Source: Eledone cirrhosa | Lineage: Eukaryota | Reading direction: 5' to 3' | Assembly: GCA_964016885.1 (NCBI GenBank) | Contig: OZ024740.1 | Coordinates: 249,922,001 to 249,986,000 of the forward strand | Length of the DNA: 64,000 nucleotides | In this document: piece by piece, positions 13,001 through 24,249 of the stretch | Layout of the letters: each line of letters starts with the position of its first letter | Numbering within the stretch: the stretch's first letter is position 1 | Position numbers and translations under genes: made by a program | The notes under the pieces: generated by a model | The model's database searches: none | What the model was told of the DNA's origin: nothing | Seen by the model: only the letters and a program-made list of their open reading frames with translations

Positions 13001-13119
13001 CCCATAGCCTCCATGGATTTCGTCGTAGCCGTCACAATGTTGTCCAACGTGACCATTTAGGTCGCCTGCGATAATTATATAGTCACTGTCGGATATTTGG
13101 GAGGTAGTTAGCATCAGTG
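10053..13119 (-). mobile_element. RTE-clade LINE (subfamily A), 5'-truncated, young
   Basis: 9-bp TSD tctcttaat at 10044-10052 and 13120-13128, (GAT)n tail, ~400-bp 3' UTR and an uninterrupted ORF. Confidence 0.95.
10451..13114 (-). CDS. RTE ORF: C-terminal half of the APE endonuclease, reverse transcriptase and internal PHD-type finger
   Basis: AGDLNGHVG, SQVDYIL and SQHRL (APE); QFGF, FVDLEKAFDRV, GVHQGSVLSP and LLYADD (RT); CSVC-x10-CPKC-x4-HKRC-x14-CGRC; 887 aa with no stops. Confidence 0.93.
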   Translation of the reverse strand: MLTTSQISDSDYIIIAGDLNGHVGQHCDGYDEIHGGYGFGTRNEEGSRILEFCDANNLTICNTNFKKRDNHLITYRSGEHTSQVDYILTRRRDRVSVVNTKSLPHEECTSQHRLIISDLIVRTSRTRQQKRTILRRKIWKLKDPTARNKFQNILLDAFDSKEEHLESDNIEGEWEFLKANLLLATDEVCGWSRPVGRRRVTWWWNSKVEGSIKAKKQAWKVWRDGGSREDYQVARREARRQVYLARREAEERKFKHVLQRDDQKREVFRIARQCVKENRDIVGEKCVLNDDGTLAITDADKKVAWKCHYERLLNEENNWEKGSLPHIDPIEGPAVLVEGSIISKAIKDMKTGKAAGPSEIVAEMLKASGTVGHTMVTRIVNQVVQNGVVPKDWHSSIIVNCYKGKGDALDRSNYRGIKLIDQVMKVTEKVIAQLIRERIDLDEMQFGFVSGKSTTDALFIVRQLQEKYLAKGKPLYLAFVDLEKAFDRVPRSIIWWALRKLGVDEWLVRAIQAMYKETVSKVRINNEYSEEFSVKVGVHQGSVLSPLLFIIALQAITEEFKTGCPWELLYADDLTLIAESMAELEKKFQTWKHGLESKGLKINLAKTKVLVCRKENKAAVPSGKWSCSVCRKGVGRNSILCPKCKVWVHKRCSGITGKLTKNIDFTCGRCSGAISSSKCPQTTSSFNCAEGSIEIVDSFRYLGDKISSGGGCSESAVARVRTGWKKFRELIPLLAAKGFSLKMKGRLYDACIRTAMLHGSETWALCAEDIRRLERNKACMLRWMCNSNIRERQSINELRKKLEIRGIRCCLLERRLRWYGHVMRMKVDSCITKCRAIKIDGSHGIGRPRKTWDELINSDITHLHLSKTMSLDRDLWRYSVTEKTRLT

Positions 13120-13390
13120 TCTCTTAATGAGTATGTATATTTTTTTTATACCATACAGAAACCCTCTTCTGTTAATTGTAACCACATTAATCTGGAATGG
13201 TCTAAGTTATTCTTCAGTTTTGAAACTGCAGTAAGGGAACTTAGTGAAGCTTCCTAGCTTTAGGTTGTTTGACTAGGAATATCTACGAGGGAAAGATGTT
13301 TGTGAAGTGTTCTTATTAGATTACTTTATTGGGATCTACCTCTCAGTGATTTTGTATAAGATGCTCTATATGTATGTATGTATGTATATA

Positions 13391-13724
13391 CTGTGTACCC
13401 CCTGCATTAGCGTTCCCGGTTATTCGCGAAATTTTCCTTAGAACCTAACTAATAATTGTTCATGGAAACCACTGCATATTCGCAGAATCGTAAATATCTT
13501 CCATGATTTTTTTATGGCTTTTTTCGTGGCAATATACATTGTTTATTAATAACAATATACTGTATTTGCCAGCCTATGCATAAGACGCTCTTTTTTAAAA
13601 TTATATTCTATGTTATATTTTGACATTTATAGGCATTTTTATGGACCACGTCCAATATTTGCAGTTTTTCACTCTTTGCAGGTGCTCTAGGAATGTAACT
13701 TCTGCAAATACCGGGGGACAACAG
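13391..13724. mobile_element. Tigger/pogo-like MITE
   Basis: Imperfect TIRs ctgtgtaccccctgcatt / aataccgggggacaacag, flanked by TA on both sides. Confidence 0.6.
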
Positions 13725-14495
13725 TATATATATATTCAAATAAGGGAGTGCATAGGACAAAGACAATGGAAAGATGGAGTCCCATCTCAGTCAACCCCTG
13801 AAAATCACTACGGTTTTAGTACATTAACCATTTAAACCAGCCTCATCCGCCCAGAATTCTCTCACCTCTTTCTGTTCAAACTACCTGTAATTAGCCCCTT
13901 ATACTGATGTTAAGGTATTGTTCTCAAAATAAATATAATCAAAATCTCATAGATTCAATATTATGTGTAATAATAGATAAAGCCTTTACTGGGAAAATAC
14001 AATAGCAAATATAGAGTAATGTAAATGCTAAAGTGTTAAGGCTGATACCATTCATTCCAGTAAACATTGGGACATAACAAAACAGGTAGAGACAAAGACA
14101 GGACAGGTTATGCTTTTAGGCGAATTACACAAGTATAGAAGAAAAAGTATCCCAAGTGCATCAACTGACTGAGATAAAAAATATAGAAAAGAGAGAAATA
14201 GTAATACAGAAGAGTCCAACTGCAGACATAGCAGAATGACATTGAGACATAGAAAAGGTAAAAAGTGAATAGAGGAAGACAGACCGAATGGTGTGATGTC
14301 TATTGTATGATAGTTCATATATATATATATATTTATTTGTGTGTGTGTGTATGTGTGCTAGCACATGTAAATCTGTCAGCAACTGCAAGTGTCTTCATAT
14401 TCATACTGTTTAAAAGTAAGTGATGTTTGGTTTATGTTCTCCAAAAACAATACATTTAGCTGTGTAGCAGTTTGATAAACAGCAATAGTATATAC

Positions 14496-14671
14496 CAGGA
14501 ATGTCAAACATGTGCCCATTTACAAGCACTCCTGCGCGAGCATGTTTTATCTTCGTAATATAAAATTTAAAAAATGTGTTGTAATATATGCAATAAGTTG
14601 TTGTGTGTGGCCCTCAGACAACACATATGTGATGCATGTGGCCCTCGAAGGACTCTAGTTTCACATGCCTG
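14496..14671. mobile_element. hAT (Charlie-like) MITE
   Basis: TIRs caggaatgtcaaac / gtttcacatgcctg with a perfect 8-bp TSD gtatatac (14488-14495 and 14672-14679). Confidence 0.85.
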
Positions 14672-15590
14672 GTATATACTATAATTGAAATTATAGTATG
14701 GGTTGGTGTTAGGAAGGGCATCAGGCTATAGAAAAACTGCCTTAAAATGTCTCATCCAACTTATGGAAAAGTGATGCTGGTGATGATGATAATGATTCTG
14801 TTAGCCAAAAGATCAATGTCTACGAAATAGTATTTGCCACAGGAAATAAAATGATATGCAGTAAACTTTATCAGACATATAGATTTTTATAGAACTGAAT
14901 AATTGATGCCAGCATAGAAAAAAAAGAGTAAATAATGAATGATATGATAATGATGTTAACAAGAACAATTAAGATAACACTGATGTATATTCAACTTAAA
15001 CAAGACAAAATTTGAATGACTGAGAAAAATGACCATACAGAGTCATTAGTAAACAGAGGAACAGGCTAGAATGGAAGCAACAATACCTATAAAATGAGAA
15101 TGAAAAGCAAAAGTAAACAAAAGGAATAAAACCTAAATAGATATTATTCTGAGAAGAAAAACATTTTTGTTTTAACAAAATATTTTAAAAGACATAATTT
15201 TGAAAAATTATTTTTCTGTAAAAAAGATTTAGTGAAATTAGCTAAATCACCATTATCCTCACCAGTTTTTCATGTTTTTCCATGCTGGTATAGGTTGGAT
15301 AAGACTTTTTGAGGCTAAATTTACAGATCTAATCTCAGCGATACCTCTGTTTATGTGAAACACAAATAAATATCACTGCATATAAACATTTGTGTCAAAT
15401 GTGGAAAGAAGAGAAGAAACAGAGACAAACACATTCACACTCTCTCAAACATATGTACACATACATATACACATGATTGGGTTTGTACAGTCAGTTTCCA
15501 CCAATTTCACTCATGAAGAAAAGGGCAGCCCAAGGCTATAATAGAAAAATCCAAAATCACATGGTTCCAAAGCAAATTTCTGTGTTTTAA

Positions 15591-15804
15591 CTCTTAATAT
15601 TCATTATTGCAAGAAACTGCATTCACAAGACTTCTTGGAAGAAAGAAAACAATAGTATGACAGCATCATATGAAAAATTAAAGTCTTTACCCTAATAATG
15701 CAAATTTTCACAATGATCTCTCCACTAGTAAACATGATAAGTATCTGGATTAAACAAACCTGTTTTCAGATAATTTCTTCTAAAACATTACAGGATGTTA
15801 AGAG
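15591..15804. mobile_element. TTAA-targeting (piggyBac-like) MITE
   Basis: ttaa|ctcttaatattc ... ggatgttaagag|ttaa gives a 10/12 TIR match with TTAA on both sides. A similar relic may lie at about 13824-14039. Confidence 0.55.
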
Positions 15805-16234
15805 TTAATATAGATAAAACTTTTTTTTGCAAAAATTCTCTTCAGTTATAGAGAAGTGGTTGTAGTCATGACCGCAGCCTCTGTATGTCGTGAGACAATG
15901 AATCTGCACTCGGAAAGTTCCTCTTCAAGGCACAGGCCTGTGAAAGGCTTTTAGTGAAGAAGTACAGTCAAACATGCATGCATGTCTCCCCTCTCTCTGC
16001 CACTAATGTTAGCTAAGAGCCAATTTAGCTTGGTACAAGTGTTGTCGCAGATGAGTTCAGAATGCAAATGGCTGGAAGAGATACTGTAAGGCCTCACACC
16101 TGATGCTCTAACAATTCTGCTAATCTACCACCTGGACTTTATTTATCGACACAGAAAGGATGATTGCCAATTTGTTGCTGTATCATACAACCAATTGACT
16201 CAATTCAAATATATATTTAGTTGTAACTAAATAT

Positions 16235-16320
16235 ATTCATCTGCTTCATGCTGTAAACTAGCCTTTAAGGGGTTAAATGGCTGGGGCTTAACTCTAATTT
16301 ACAGCATGAAGCAGATGAAT
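16235..16320. repeat. Inverted repeat with perfect 23-bp arms and a 40-nt spacer
   Basis: attcatctgcttcatgctgtaaa (16235-16257) and tttacagcatgaagcagatgaat (16298-16320). Confidence 0.95.
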
Positions 16321-16726
16321 GATAAAATTCATCTTGGATACAATGCCAATCTATCACAGGGAACATTCTCATATCTGGTACCAGTCCCTACCGATAAATT
16401 AGATAAGATCCTTGGAAAATGAAATTGAGCTTGGATTTATCATTGTATTTCCTTTCACATTCTAATGTCTGTTTCTTCCATGCTGGATTGGATTAAATGA
16501 AACTTTTCTGGGGCATTATTCTATGTCCAGATACCCTTCTTGATGTCAACTCTGTACTTATTCCACCTGTCAAACTGCTAAGTTTGTCACATATATTATT
16601 TATACGGGACATAAACAACACCGGTTTTTTAAGCAGTGCCAGTATGAAATGCATTGAGCCAAAAACACATACATGTATATGTATATGTATGTGTGTGAGT
16701 CTGTCTATCTCTCTATATATATATAA

Positions 16727-17432
16727 TCATCATTTTACGTCCGCTTGCAAGGGTTGGACGGGTTCTATTCAGCACAGCATCTCTCCACTTGTCACAGTCC
16801 TTCGTCATCTCCTCGGTGAGTTTCAGCGATCTGAGGTCTGCTGTCACCACCTCCGCCCATGTTTTTTGTGGTCTACCTCTACTGGCACTTCTTCACCCAT
16901 CGGTCATCCTCCATACGCATCACATGTCCATACCATCTCAGCCTTCTCTCCTGCACACCACAACTTATCCCTCTTATACCCAGTTTCTTTCTTAACTCGT
17001 CTATGCTTGGTCGTTCATGCACATCCAACGGAGCATGCTTACCTCATTTCTCTCCAGCGGTCGTATATCTTCTGCAGTTGCTGCTCATGTCTCACTACCA
17101 TGCAGCATCACGCTCCTCCCACAGGCATCATATAACCGTCCTTTCGTACGCAGGGAGAAACCCTTCTTTGTCAACAGAGGAAGCAGCTCCCTAAACTTCT
17201 TCCAACTCGTCCTTATTCTAGATACTATGGCCTCGGAACACCCCCTCCCATGCTAATCTGATCACCTAGGTACCGGAAGCTATCAACCAAATCTATAGAA
17301 CCCACCTGCATTGGAAAAATGAGTCTATCACAGCGATTACTACTGCCAACTTTCCCTGTACATCTACTGCATACTAGTTTTCCCTACCTGTTAGTTTGCC
17401 TGCTATCCCACTACATCTCTTGTGTACCCAAG
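16727..17432 (-). mobile_element. RTE subfamily B 3' fragment
   Basis: High similarity to 56795-57560, with a short (GAT) tail at about 16727. Confidence 0.88.
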
Positions 17433-17433
17433 A

Positions 17434-18330
17434 TCTGGGCGATCAAATTAGTAGTGAAGGTGGATGTTCCAAAAGCCCTGTAGCCAGAGAGAGAATGGAA
17501 TGGAGAAAGTTCAGGGAGCTATTACCGTTGCTAACCACAAAAGGTTTTTCCTTCAAAATAAAGGGCAGATTATATGATGCATGTATATGAACAGCAATGT
17601 TGCATGGCAATGAGACTTGGGCACTGTGTGCAGAGGACCTATGAAGAGTAGAAAGAAATGAAGCTTCCATGCTTTGATGGGTGAGTAAAACCTGAATGGC
17701 AAAGCATAAATGAAGTAAGAGAGATCAGATGCAGTGTGCAGGAGAGGAGAATGTGTTGGTATGGACATGTGGTGTGGATGGAGGATGACAGCTGTATAAA
17801 AAGGTACAGGGGGGTCAAAGTTGATGAAAGCTATGGTATAAGAAAACCTAGGAAGACTTGGGAGGAGATGATAAAAGCTGACCTTGCACAATTGCACTTC
17901 TCAAAGTCAATGACACAGTATCGAGATCTGGCGTTATGATGTAGTAATACAGATAACCCGCCAGCCCATAGGCACAGGTTGAATCATACATCTTGCATGC
18001 ACTACCTTAACCGCCCCCTCTTCCTCACACCTCCACGTCCTAACACTCTGCTCATCGATTTACCTACCCAATCCCCGCCAACCTCTAAGTCCCCACTGTA
18101 AAGTGGTTGTAATGGCAACATTACAAAAAGCGCCCAGCACACACTGTAAAGTGGTTGTGTAGGTGACATGACATTGTAAATGTGGTTGATGCTAGGAAGG
18201 GCATCCAGCCATAGAAACCAAACCAAACCAAAACCAGTTCTGTATGAACAAGACATGGCTTGACTCACAATGAGGCAAGTCGGTTAGCCCATGCTAGCGT
18301 GGAAAAATGGATGCTGAATGGTGACGATGA
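17434..18330 (+). mobile_element. Degenerate RTE (A/C-like) 3' fragment with 3' UTR
   Basis: LGDQISSEGGCS...WRKFRELLPLL...GRLYDACI and WYGHVV...PRKTWEE, then a 3' UTR with gctaggaagggcatccagc and a tgacgatga tail. Confidence 0.85.
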
Positions 18331-19342
18331 AAGGCTTCTGAACAGTTTCCACCTACCAAATCTCATAAGGCATTGATTAATCTGAAGCTATAGAAGACAT
18401 TGGCCTAATCTGTTATGCAGTAAATAAAATACAAAACCCTATGGTTGTGAAGCAAACTGCTTAACACTGCCAACCTGCACCTGTTCAATTGTTGTCAATA
18501 ATAATGTTAATGTTTCTGTGGAAGCCATAAATGCCACAACTCTGCACATTAATTTGTTGAGCATGGAAAGGCCTTGCAAAAAATCAGACACTGACCCTAG
18601 TTCTAGAACTAACTTATAAATACAAAAAAAGTAAGAACTGCTGGTTAGGAATAAATGATAAATATAACTGGCCTTAATCCGTTTGGATGTTGTTCAGTCA
18701 ACAGAACTGCCTACTGGTCAAATTAACATGAAAGTGGATGAGTACTCCACAGATACGTGTACCCTTAAGTTTCAGCATGAAAGGTGGACATTTTAATTAC
18801 AGGAACAGTCTATTCAACAGACTTCTTAAGAGTTTCAGTTTACTCAATTTCACTTACAGTCTGGGTTCGCCTAAGGTTATGGTAAACACACTTGTCCAAA
18901 ATGCCATGCAATGGACCTGAACTCAACCTCATGATCGTAAAGTGAACATCTTAATCGTTTGGCCATGCTGCATTCAACACTTAGGGATAATAGGAGATAT
19001 AGTTAAGCAGAAAAAACAATTTACTTTCAACACTCAACATTTCATGTTCAAAATTTTAAGTGATGGACTTCGTCTTTCAATTGCTGTTGTGTTCCAACTC
19101 AACCAGGCCTAGCAGACACATGATTAAAAAACATTCCAACTATGACCATTCTCTCTTTCTAGGACTACACTATCCAATGTAAACGTCTTTTTTTTTGTAG
19201 GACAATAACATGTTTTAAGGGAAATTTGGCTATTCCTAGCAGGTTAGTGAACTGATTACGTGGGGCCACAAATTTATGTTGTGAGATTCATGCCTTTCTT
19301 AAAAGATTTGGAGGTTTAAATGATAATTGTTTCTACGTTAGG

Positions 19343-19441
19343 TACAAGGCCGCAATTACCCAGTGCATTACTGCTACTTTTATTTTATCGACCCCGTAAG
19401 GATGAAAGGCAAAGTTAACCTCGGCGGGATTTGAACTCAGA
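19343..19441 (-). mobile_element. Partial tRNA-SINE (family of 2043-2232)
   Basis: Reverse complement of ctgagttcaaatcccgccgagg...tttgcctttcatccttacggggtcgataaaataaaag. Confidence 0.85.
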
Positions 19442-19901
19442 GGTTTAAATGATAATGAAATGAGTTCAACCTTGAATCAAAATCAGAATTCGAAACCAGT
19501 TAGTAGAGAAATTTGTAAATTGAAGAATAAGTAAATAAATCCAGTCGTTAGGCAAAATAACACGAAAGTGAAGTAGAGTAAAAGGAAAACCCAGACAATA
19601 ACATGTCTGATCGAAACGTACAAGTCTTATCGTAGCCTTAGGCAAGATTCTTTTTTTTCTTGACTCCTATCCAACTGCCCCACCTTGTTGAACTAATTCA
19701 TTAGAAGGTGGCAATAAATACGTAAAAAAACATTTCTGAAATAAATCATTCAATTTATCCATTAGAAAAATGGTGTAACATAAAAAAAAAAAACAGGCAA
19801 TAGACAGAATAATTGTGTACAAAGAGACACATGATGTATATGTGGTCTATTACAATTGAACTCGAACAAATACACAAACGTTATATATTAAATAGTCATA
19901 C

Positions 19902-19949
19902 CTCGTAATAGAACCACTGGTCTATTGTTAACTCGTTGCTGGATATCAT
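19902..19949 (-). CDS. NDC1: First coding exon of the NDC1-like gene
   Basis: aaacATG...TACGAG|gtatga; 48 nt encoding MISSNELTIDQWFYYE; phase 0 splices in frame to exon 8192-8090 across an ~11.7 kb intron. Confidence 0.7.
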
Positions 19950-20246
19950 GTTTAATATACTTAAAAATTAGATGCTTTAAAAGTAAATGAGGACCAACGA
20001 ACAATTTGAAAAATTCATGTGGAACAATTCAAAGAGACCGCCATCTTCAATATCGAGTAAACGTGACCACAAACTTTATTTATGTAAACAAAAAAAAAGA
20101 GATTTAAAAATACGTTTGAAAAGTTTTTGTTAAATTGTTAGCGATTCAAAAGCTATTGGTATTGATAGAAACTTAAAATAATACATAGTAGTAATTTATT
20201 ACGTAAGAATCTATTAGCTCCTCCCTGTACTTATTACCAAAACAAC
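19950..20246. promoter_or_regulatory. Putative bidirectional promoter and 5' UTRs
   Basis: Repeat-free island between two divergent ATG exons, with a YY1-type motif AAGATGGCGG on the minus strand (ccgccatctt, 20038-20047) and acgtgac at about 20061. Confidence 0.55.
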
Positions 20247-20288
20247 ATGGCAGGTCATACAGCCGGCGACCCACTCGAGTGTTTTAGT
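20247..20288 (+). CDS. Candidate first coding exon of an unidentified divergent gene
   Basis: caacATGG Kozak context, locally GC-rich, encodes MAGHTAGDPLECFS, followed by the donor AGT|gtaagg. No downstream exon was recognised in the window. Confidence 0.45.
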
Positions 20289-20364
20289 GTAAGGGTTTAA
20301 TCATTTCTTTTATACTTTGCTCTTAGTTTTATAACACACTTATTTAATCATCGCTTAGTATTCG

Positions 20365-20401
<37 letters not shown>

Positions 20402-21599
20402 TCATTTCTGTTTTAGATGTAACCACCCTTATCTTTAACAATTTCTTTCTCCGAATATATATTTTGTTACAATATACTGATTGAATGAACCAGATGACTG
20501 TTACTGCGATTCTCTTTCATTTTCTACAAACACAATATTATATATATATTGTTTTGCTCAATACTTATCTGTTTCTTCAAACCATGCGGTCATTTATTAT
20601 TCTAAGTAGTTTCTTCTTCTTTCTGCCTTTGTTCAGGGTATTACTTATCGTAATTCTCATGTTTTCTTTCCTTTATTTTCAGTTTGAAAGCTCTTTAACT
20701 TTTGTATCCCATTTCTACCCACTTTTGCATTCCCCGAGCCTTTCGCTTGTCTTTCCCTTCCTTAGTCCATTACAGCAGGCGACTTAACTTTATATTAAAC
20801 CAGCCAATACCATCATACGTTGCACCCCAGGAAAACATAATTTGCTAAAATCAGAAACCATTTTTTAAATAATCGATTCTACCCTCCACTGTTTTTGTAA
20901 TAGTCTTTGTAATATTCCCTTCATCTGACACGCATGTGGCAAAAAAAAAGAAAATATCTATCAGCTGGGCTTAAAATTTAATGAATCTAAATTCTGAAGT
21001 TGGTTTTGTAATATCTTAAATTTCCTTAATTAATTTCATAACGATGATTTTGATACTTTTATATGGAACTTGATAATTTTTCTACGCAAAATTAGGAAGT
21101 GGCGATATTTATTCTTTTCCTCTCTGATACGGTGTGAAATGAAATGGTTCCAATTTACAAAGACAAAAATGCTGATGAAAATAATATAAATTAAATTTGC
21201 CTCGTTTTTCTGATTTCGAACATTCGCTGATTGACTATGCTTTGAGTCTTTACGTACGAGTTATATACTAAGTCGAGTTAATCGACCACACCTACGACCG
21301 TATTTTTTTTATACCCAATCATCATTTTTAGGAATGTGTTTTAGATGTTTTTTAAAATTAAAAGAAGAATAATGAAGCAAGATTTCTTCTTAAAGGAATT
21401 CAAAACTTTGTTATTATTATTTCAATTGTTGCTATGTGTGTGCTTTGCTGTTACAAAGAACTGGGCAGTTGGGGAAGGAGAAAGGCTTAAGCATATTCTC
21501 GGAGAGAAAATAAAGGTATCTTCTATCATATTTTAAACCATATGTTTAAACTGAATTTTTTTTTTCAAGTAATCCATTACACACACACACACATATATT

Positions 21600-21870
21600 T
21601 TTTTCTTTTTCTGATTTCAGTCATTAGACTGTGGCCATGTTGATTTTCGTCGATGTTATCGACCCCAGTCTGGTCCTTCTTTCATCAACCTCTCTTTGTC
21701 GAACGGCTAAATTACGGGAAATAAACACAAACGTAAAACACACACACACATATGGGTTCCGTCTAACTACTCACAAACCATTAGTCAACCCGAGGCTTTA
21801 CTAGAAAACACCTGCCCAAGGTACCGCGCAGTGAAATGAACCCAGAACCTCAGTTACAAAGCAATAGATA
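21600..21870 (-). mobile_element. tRNA-derived SINE, second family
   Basis: Minus strand gggttcatttcactgcgcggtaccttgggcaggtgttttctagtaaagcctcggg with an internal (GT)n. Relics at about 15490-15580, 18340-18470 and 18820-18965. Confidence 0.65.
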
Positions 21871-22373
21871 GCCGTATATCATCATCACAATCATTTAACG
21901 TCTATTTTTCCAGGCCTGTATAAGTTAGGCAGATTGTCACGTTACGAGACAAGTCAAGTGACCCACATCCTGCTCATACGGATCTAAATGTTGACTTCGG
22001 ATGCCCTTCTTAACGCCAACCACGTTAGTGTGGAGTGGGTGCTTTTCACCGTGGTACCAAAACGACCATCTAACAGGGTGAACTGGGCGCTTTTGTCTCT
22101 CTAACACGACCGCCTTACATGATGGATTGAGTGCTTATGTTGGTATAGCACCAGATCAACATAGTGTGTATTAGTGCTTTTTATCGTGGCAACAGCATTG
22201 TTGTAGATGTAGAGCGTGTCCAGTTTTCATGTTTGTATGCGTGAGTTGGACATGTCAGGTGCATCATGGGCGAGGGTTTGTAGGTCGGTGCGCGGGGGGG
22301 GGGGGGTAAGTAAGCAAGTTCAACATGGACGAGTTATTTAGCTGGTGAGGGCGGTGTGTGTATTTCTGCCCAC

Positions 22374-22495
22374 TTTTCTCCCGATGAAGGGCTTATGCCC
22401 GAAACGCCCCCACCACTCTCAAGCGTGAAACTAATATTAACATTTGTACTGCTTCTTCGCTTCCACGTTGTTTTTTTGTTTACTGTCTCAACTAT
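22374..22495 (+). mobile_element. Penelope-like 3' terminus with a decayed hammerhead motif
   Basis: CCGATGA-agggc ttat gccc-GAAAC (U4 changed to C, cleavage triplet lost), then a T-rich tail running into (TA)n. Confidence 0.45.
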
Positions 22496-22681
22496 AATAT
22501 ATATATATATATAAATTTGAAATAACAGGAAGAAAATATTTGGATATTTTAAATTTAAAGCATTTAATAGGCTATACGATTTAATCCCATGACAAGATAT
22601 GGGTTATTTCTAAACACACACTTAACCTTCTCCTTCAAATAGAATGAATCTTATTTTGTCATTCTTCGAATTGTCAATGTA

Positions 22682-23945
22682 CCATATATACTCGAATATA
22701 AGTCTTTTTATTTTATGTCAGAGAAATGGACAAACATCCGAACCCTGTTTATAAGCCGAGGCAGCTGATGAACACATTATGGTGACGTTTTGAAATTCTA
22801 ACGAGTGGAGAAAATATTAAGAAGTTTTAATATTTTTTATATTTAAAATGTTTTATGTGTCGTTTAGAGTATAGTTTTTTTAATTTTTTTATAAGGGACA
22901 GGAAGAGAGAGAGAGAAAGAGCGAGCGAGCGAAATAAAACAAAATAAGATTGAAAGAAAAAGTATAATTACGTAAGTTAAGAGAAAAAAAGTCGGCGCAC
23001 ATGTTTATGTTCGCGTGTGCGTGCATATTTGCATTTACTCTCCAGTCCAGTTTTTCTAGGTTGTCGCCGTTGATTTTTTTTTTTTTAAAAACCAGAATTA
23101 ATCATTTAGTTTACATATTGAGACGCTAACCCATCCTATTAATTTTATAACGTACTAGCTGGTCCGTCCGACTGGCTCCCGGTTAGGTATACTGCCCCCC
23201 ACCACTCCACTGAAAAGATACCACACCGCCCTCCCGTGTCACATTGTCCTTCCGACTCTCTCTCTATCTCTGAATAACTAACACTTTAATTGTATCTCTC
23301 TCTGTCTAACGGCCTATCTCTCTCTTTTTCCCCTCCCTCTGTTTTTCTGTCTCTCTCCGTAGATGTGTGTGTGTAGTTTTCCTAATCTTTCTCTAAATCT
23401 CTGATAAATTATAGAGGGGAATGATCTATTATAGAGAGAGAGAAGAGCGACGGAACTATAGAGAGGTGTGTAGGATACATACATACATAATACACACGAC
23501 ACTCAGCTTTTAATGTTATAGATAGGGTTTCTCGTAATGTTCTTTTTTTTTGTCACGTATACCATTTTTTAAAGTATAAAGAAAATTAATTGTAGAAATA
23601 AAATAAAACTTTGCAGAGATAGATTTGCAAAACTAATAAGCGGTGGTGGGGGAATCTGAAAAATTAATAAGTGGGTGAGGTGGGGTGATTATTCGAGATC
23701 CTTATGGGGATCTTTATGTATCAAATAATACAAAATTGTTGGGAATGTTCTAAATAAAGCCCATGACAAATTAAATGTAGAAAAACTTTCATTGTGAAAA
23801 ATTCACTTCATATTTTAGCACCTTATTTACATAGAATTTGAAGTTGGTGAAAATCGTCAAAATATTGACGCTGATTATAAGTCGACCCCATTTTACCATC
23901 GATTTTTAGTTACATATTCCTCGGCTTATATTCGAATATGTATAG
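22682..23945. mobile_element. Non-autonomous Tc1/pogo-like DNA transposon
   Basis: TIRs ccatatatactcgaatataag / cttatattcgaatatgtatag with TA on both sides and subterminal tataagycga repeats. Confidence 0.75.
23155..23522 (-). mobile_element. Non-autonomous Helitron-like element nested in the MITE
   Basis: The minus strand reads A|TCTATAAC...GC-rich subterminal stretch...AGCTAG|T, i.e. 5'-TC, 3'-CTAG, inserted between A and T with no TSD. Confidence 0.65.
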
Positions 23946-24249
23946 TAATTTATGTGTTCTTTTACTGTTGAGAAAGTACCTCCTCCCACATGTCTGTGAT
24001 ACTAGACCACCCCTGACCCATTGGGACACATTCACTTAAAAGTATTCGATTCTTTGAAGTCACTTGTTATAGTTTCATTCAACAACACCACCTCCTCTCT
24101 CTCTCTCTTCCATTTTCCTTCTCTGTCTCCTCTCTCTCTTTCAATCTACTCTCTCACAACCACTATATCTTTCTCTCAATTTATGAAGGTACCCGGAAAA
24201 ACCTCGTATCTCGGGACCCACGCTCCGATTTACGCGAAACTTGTTTTAT

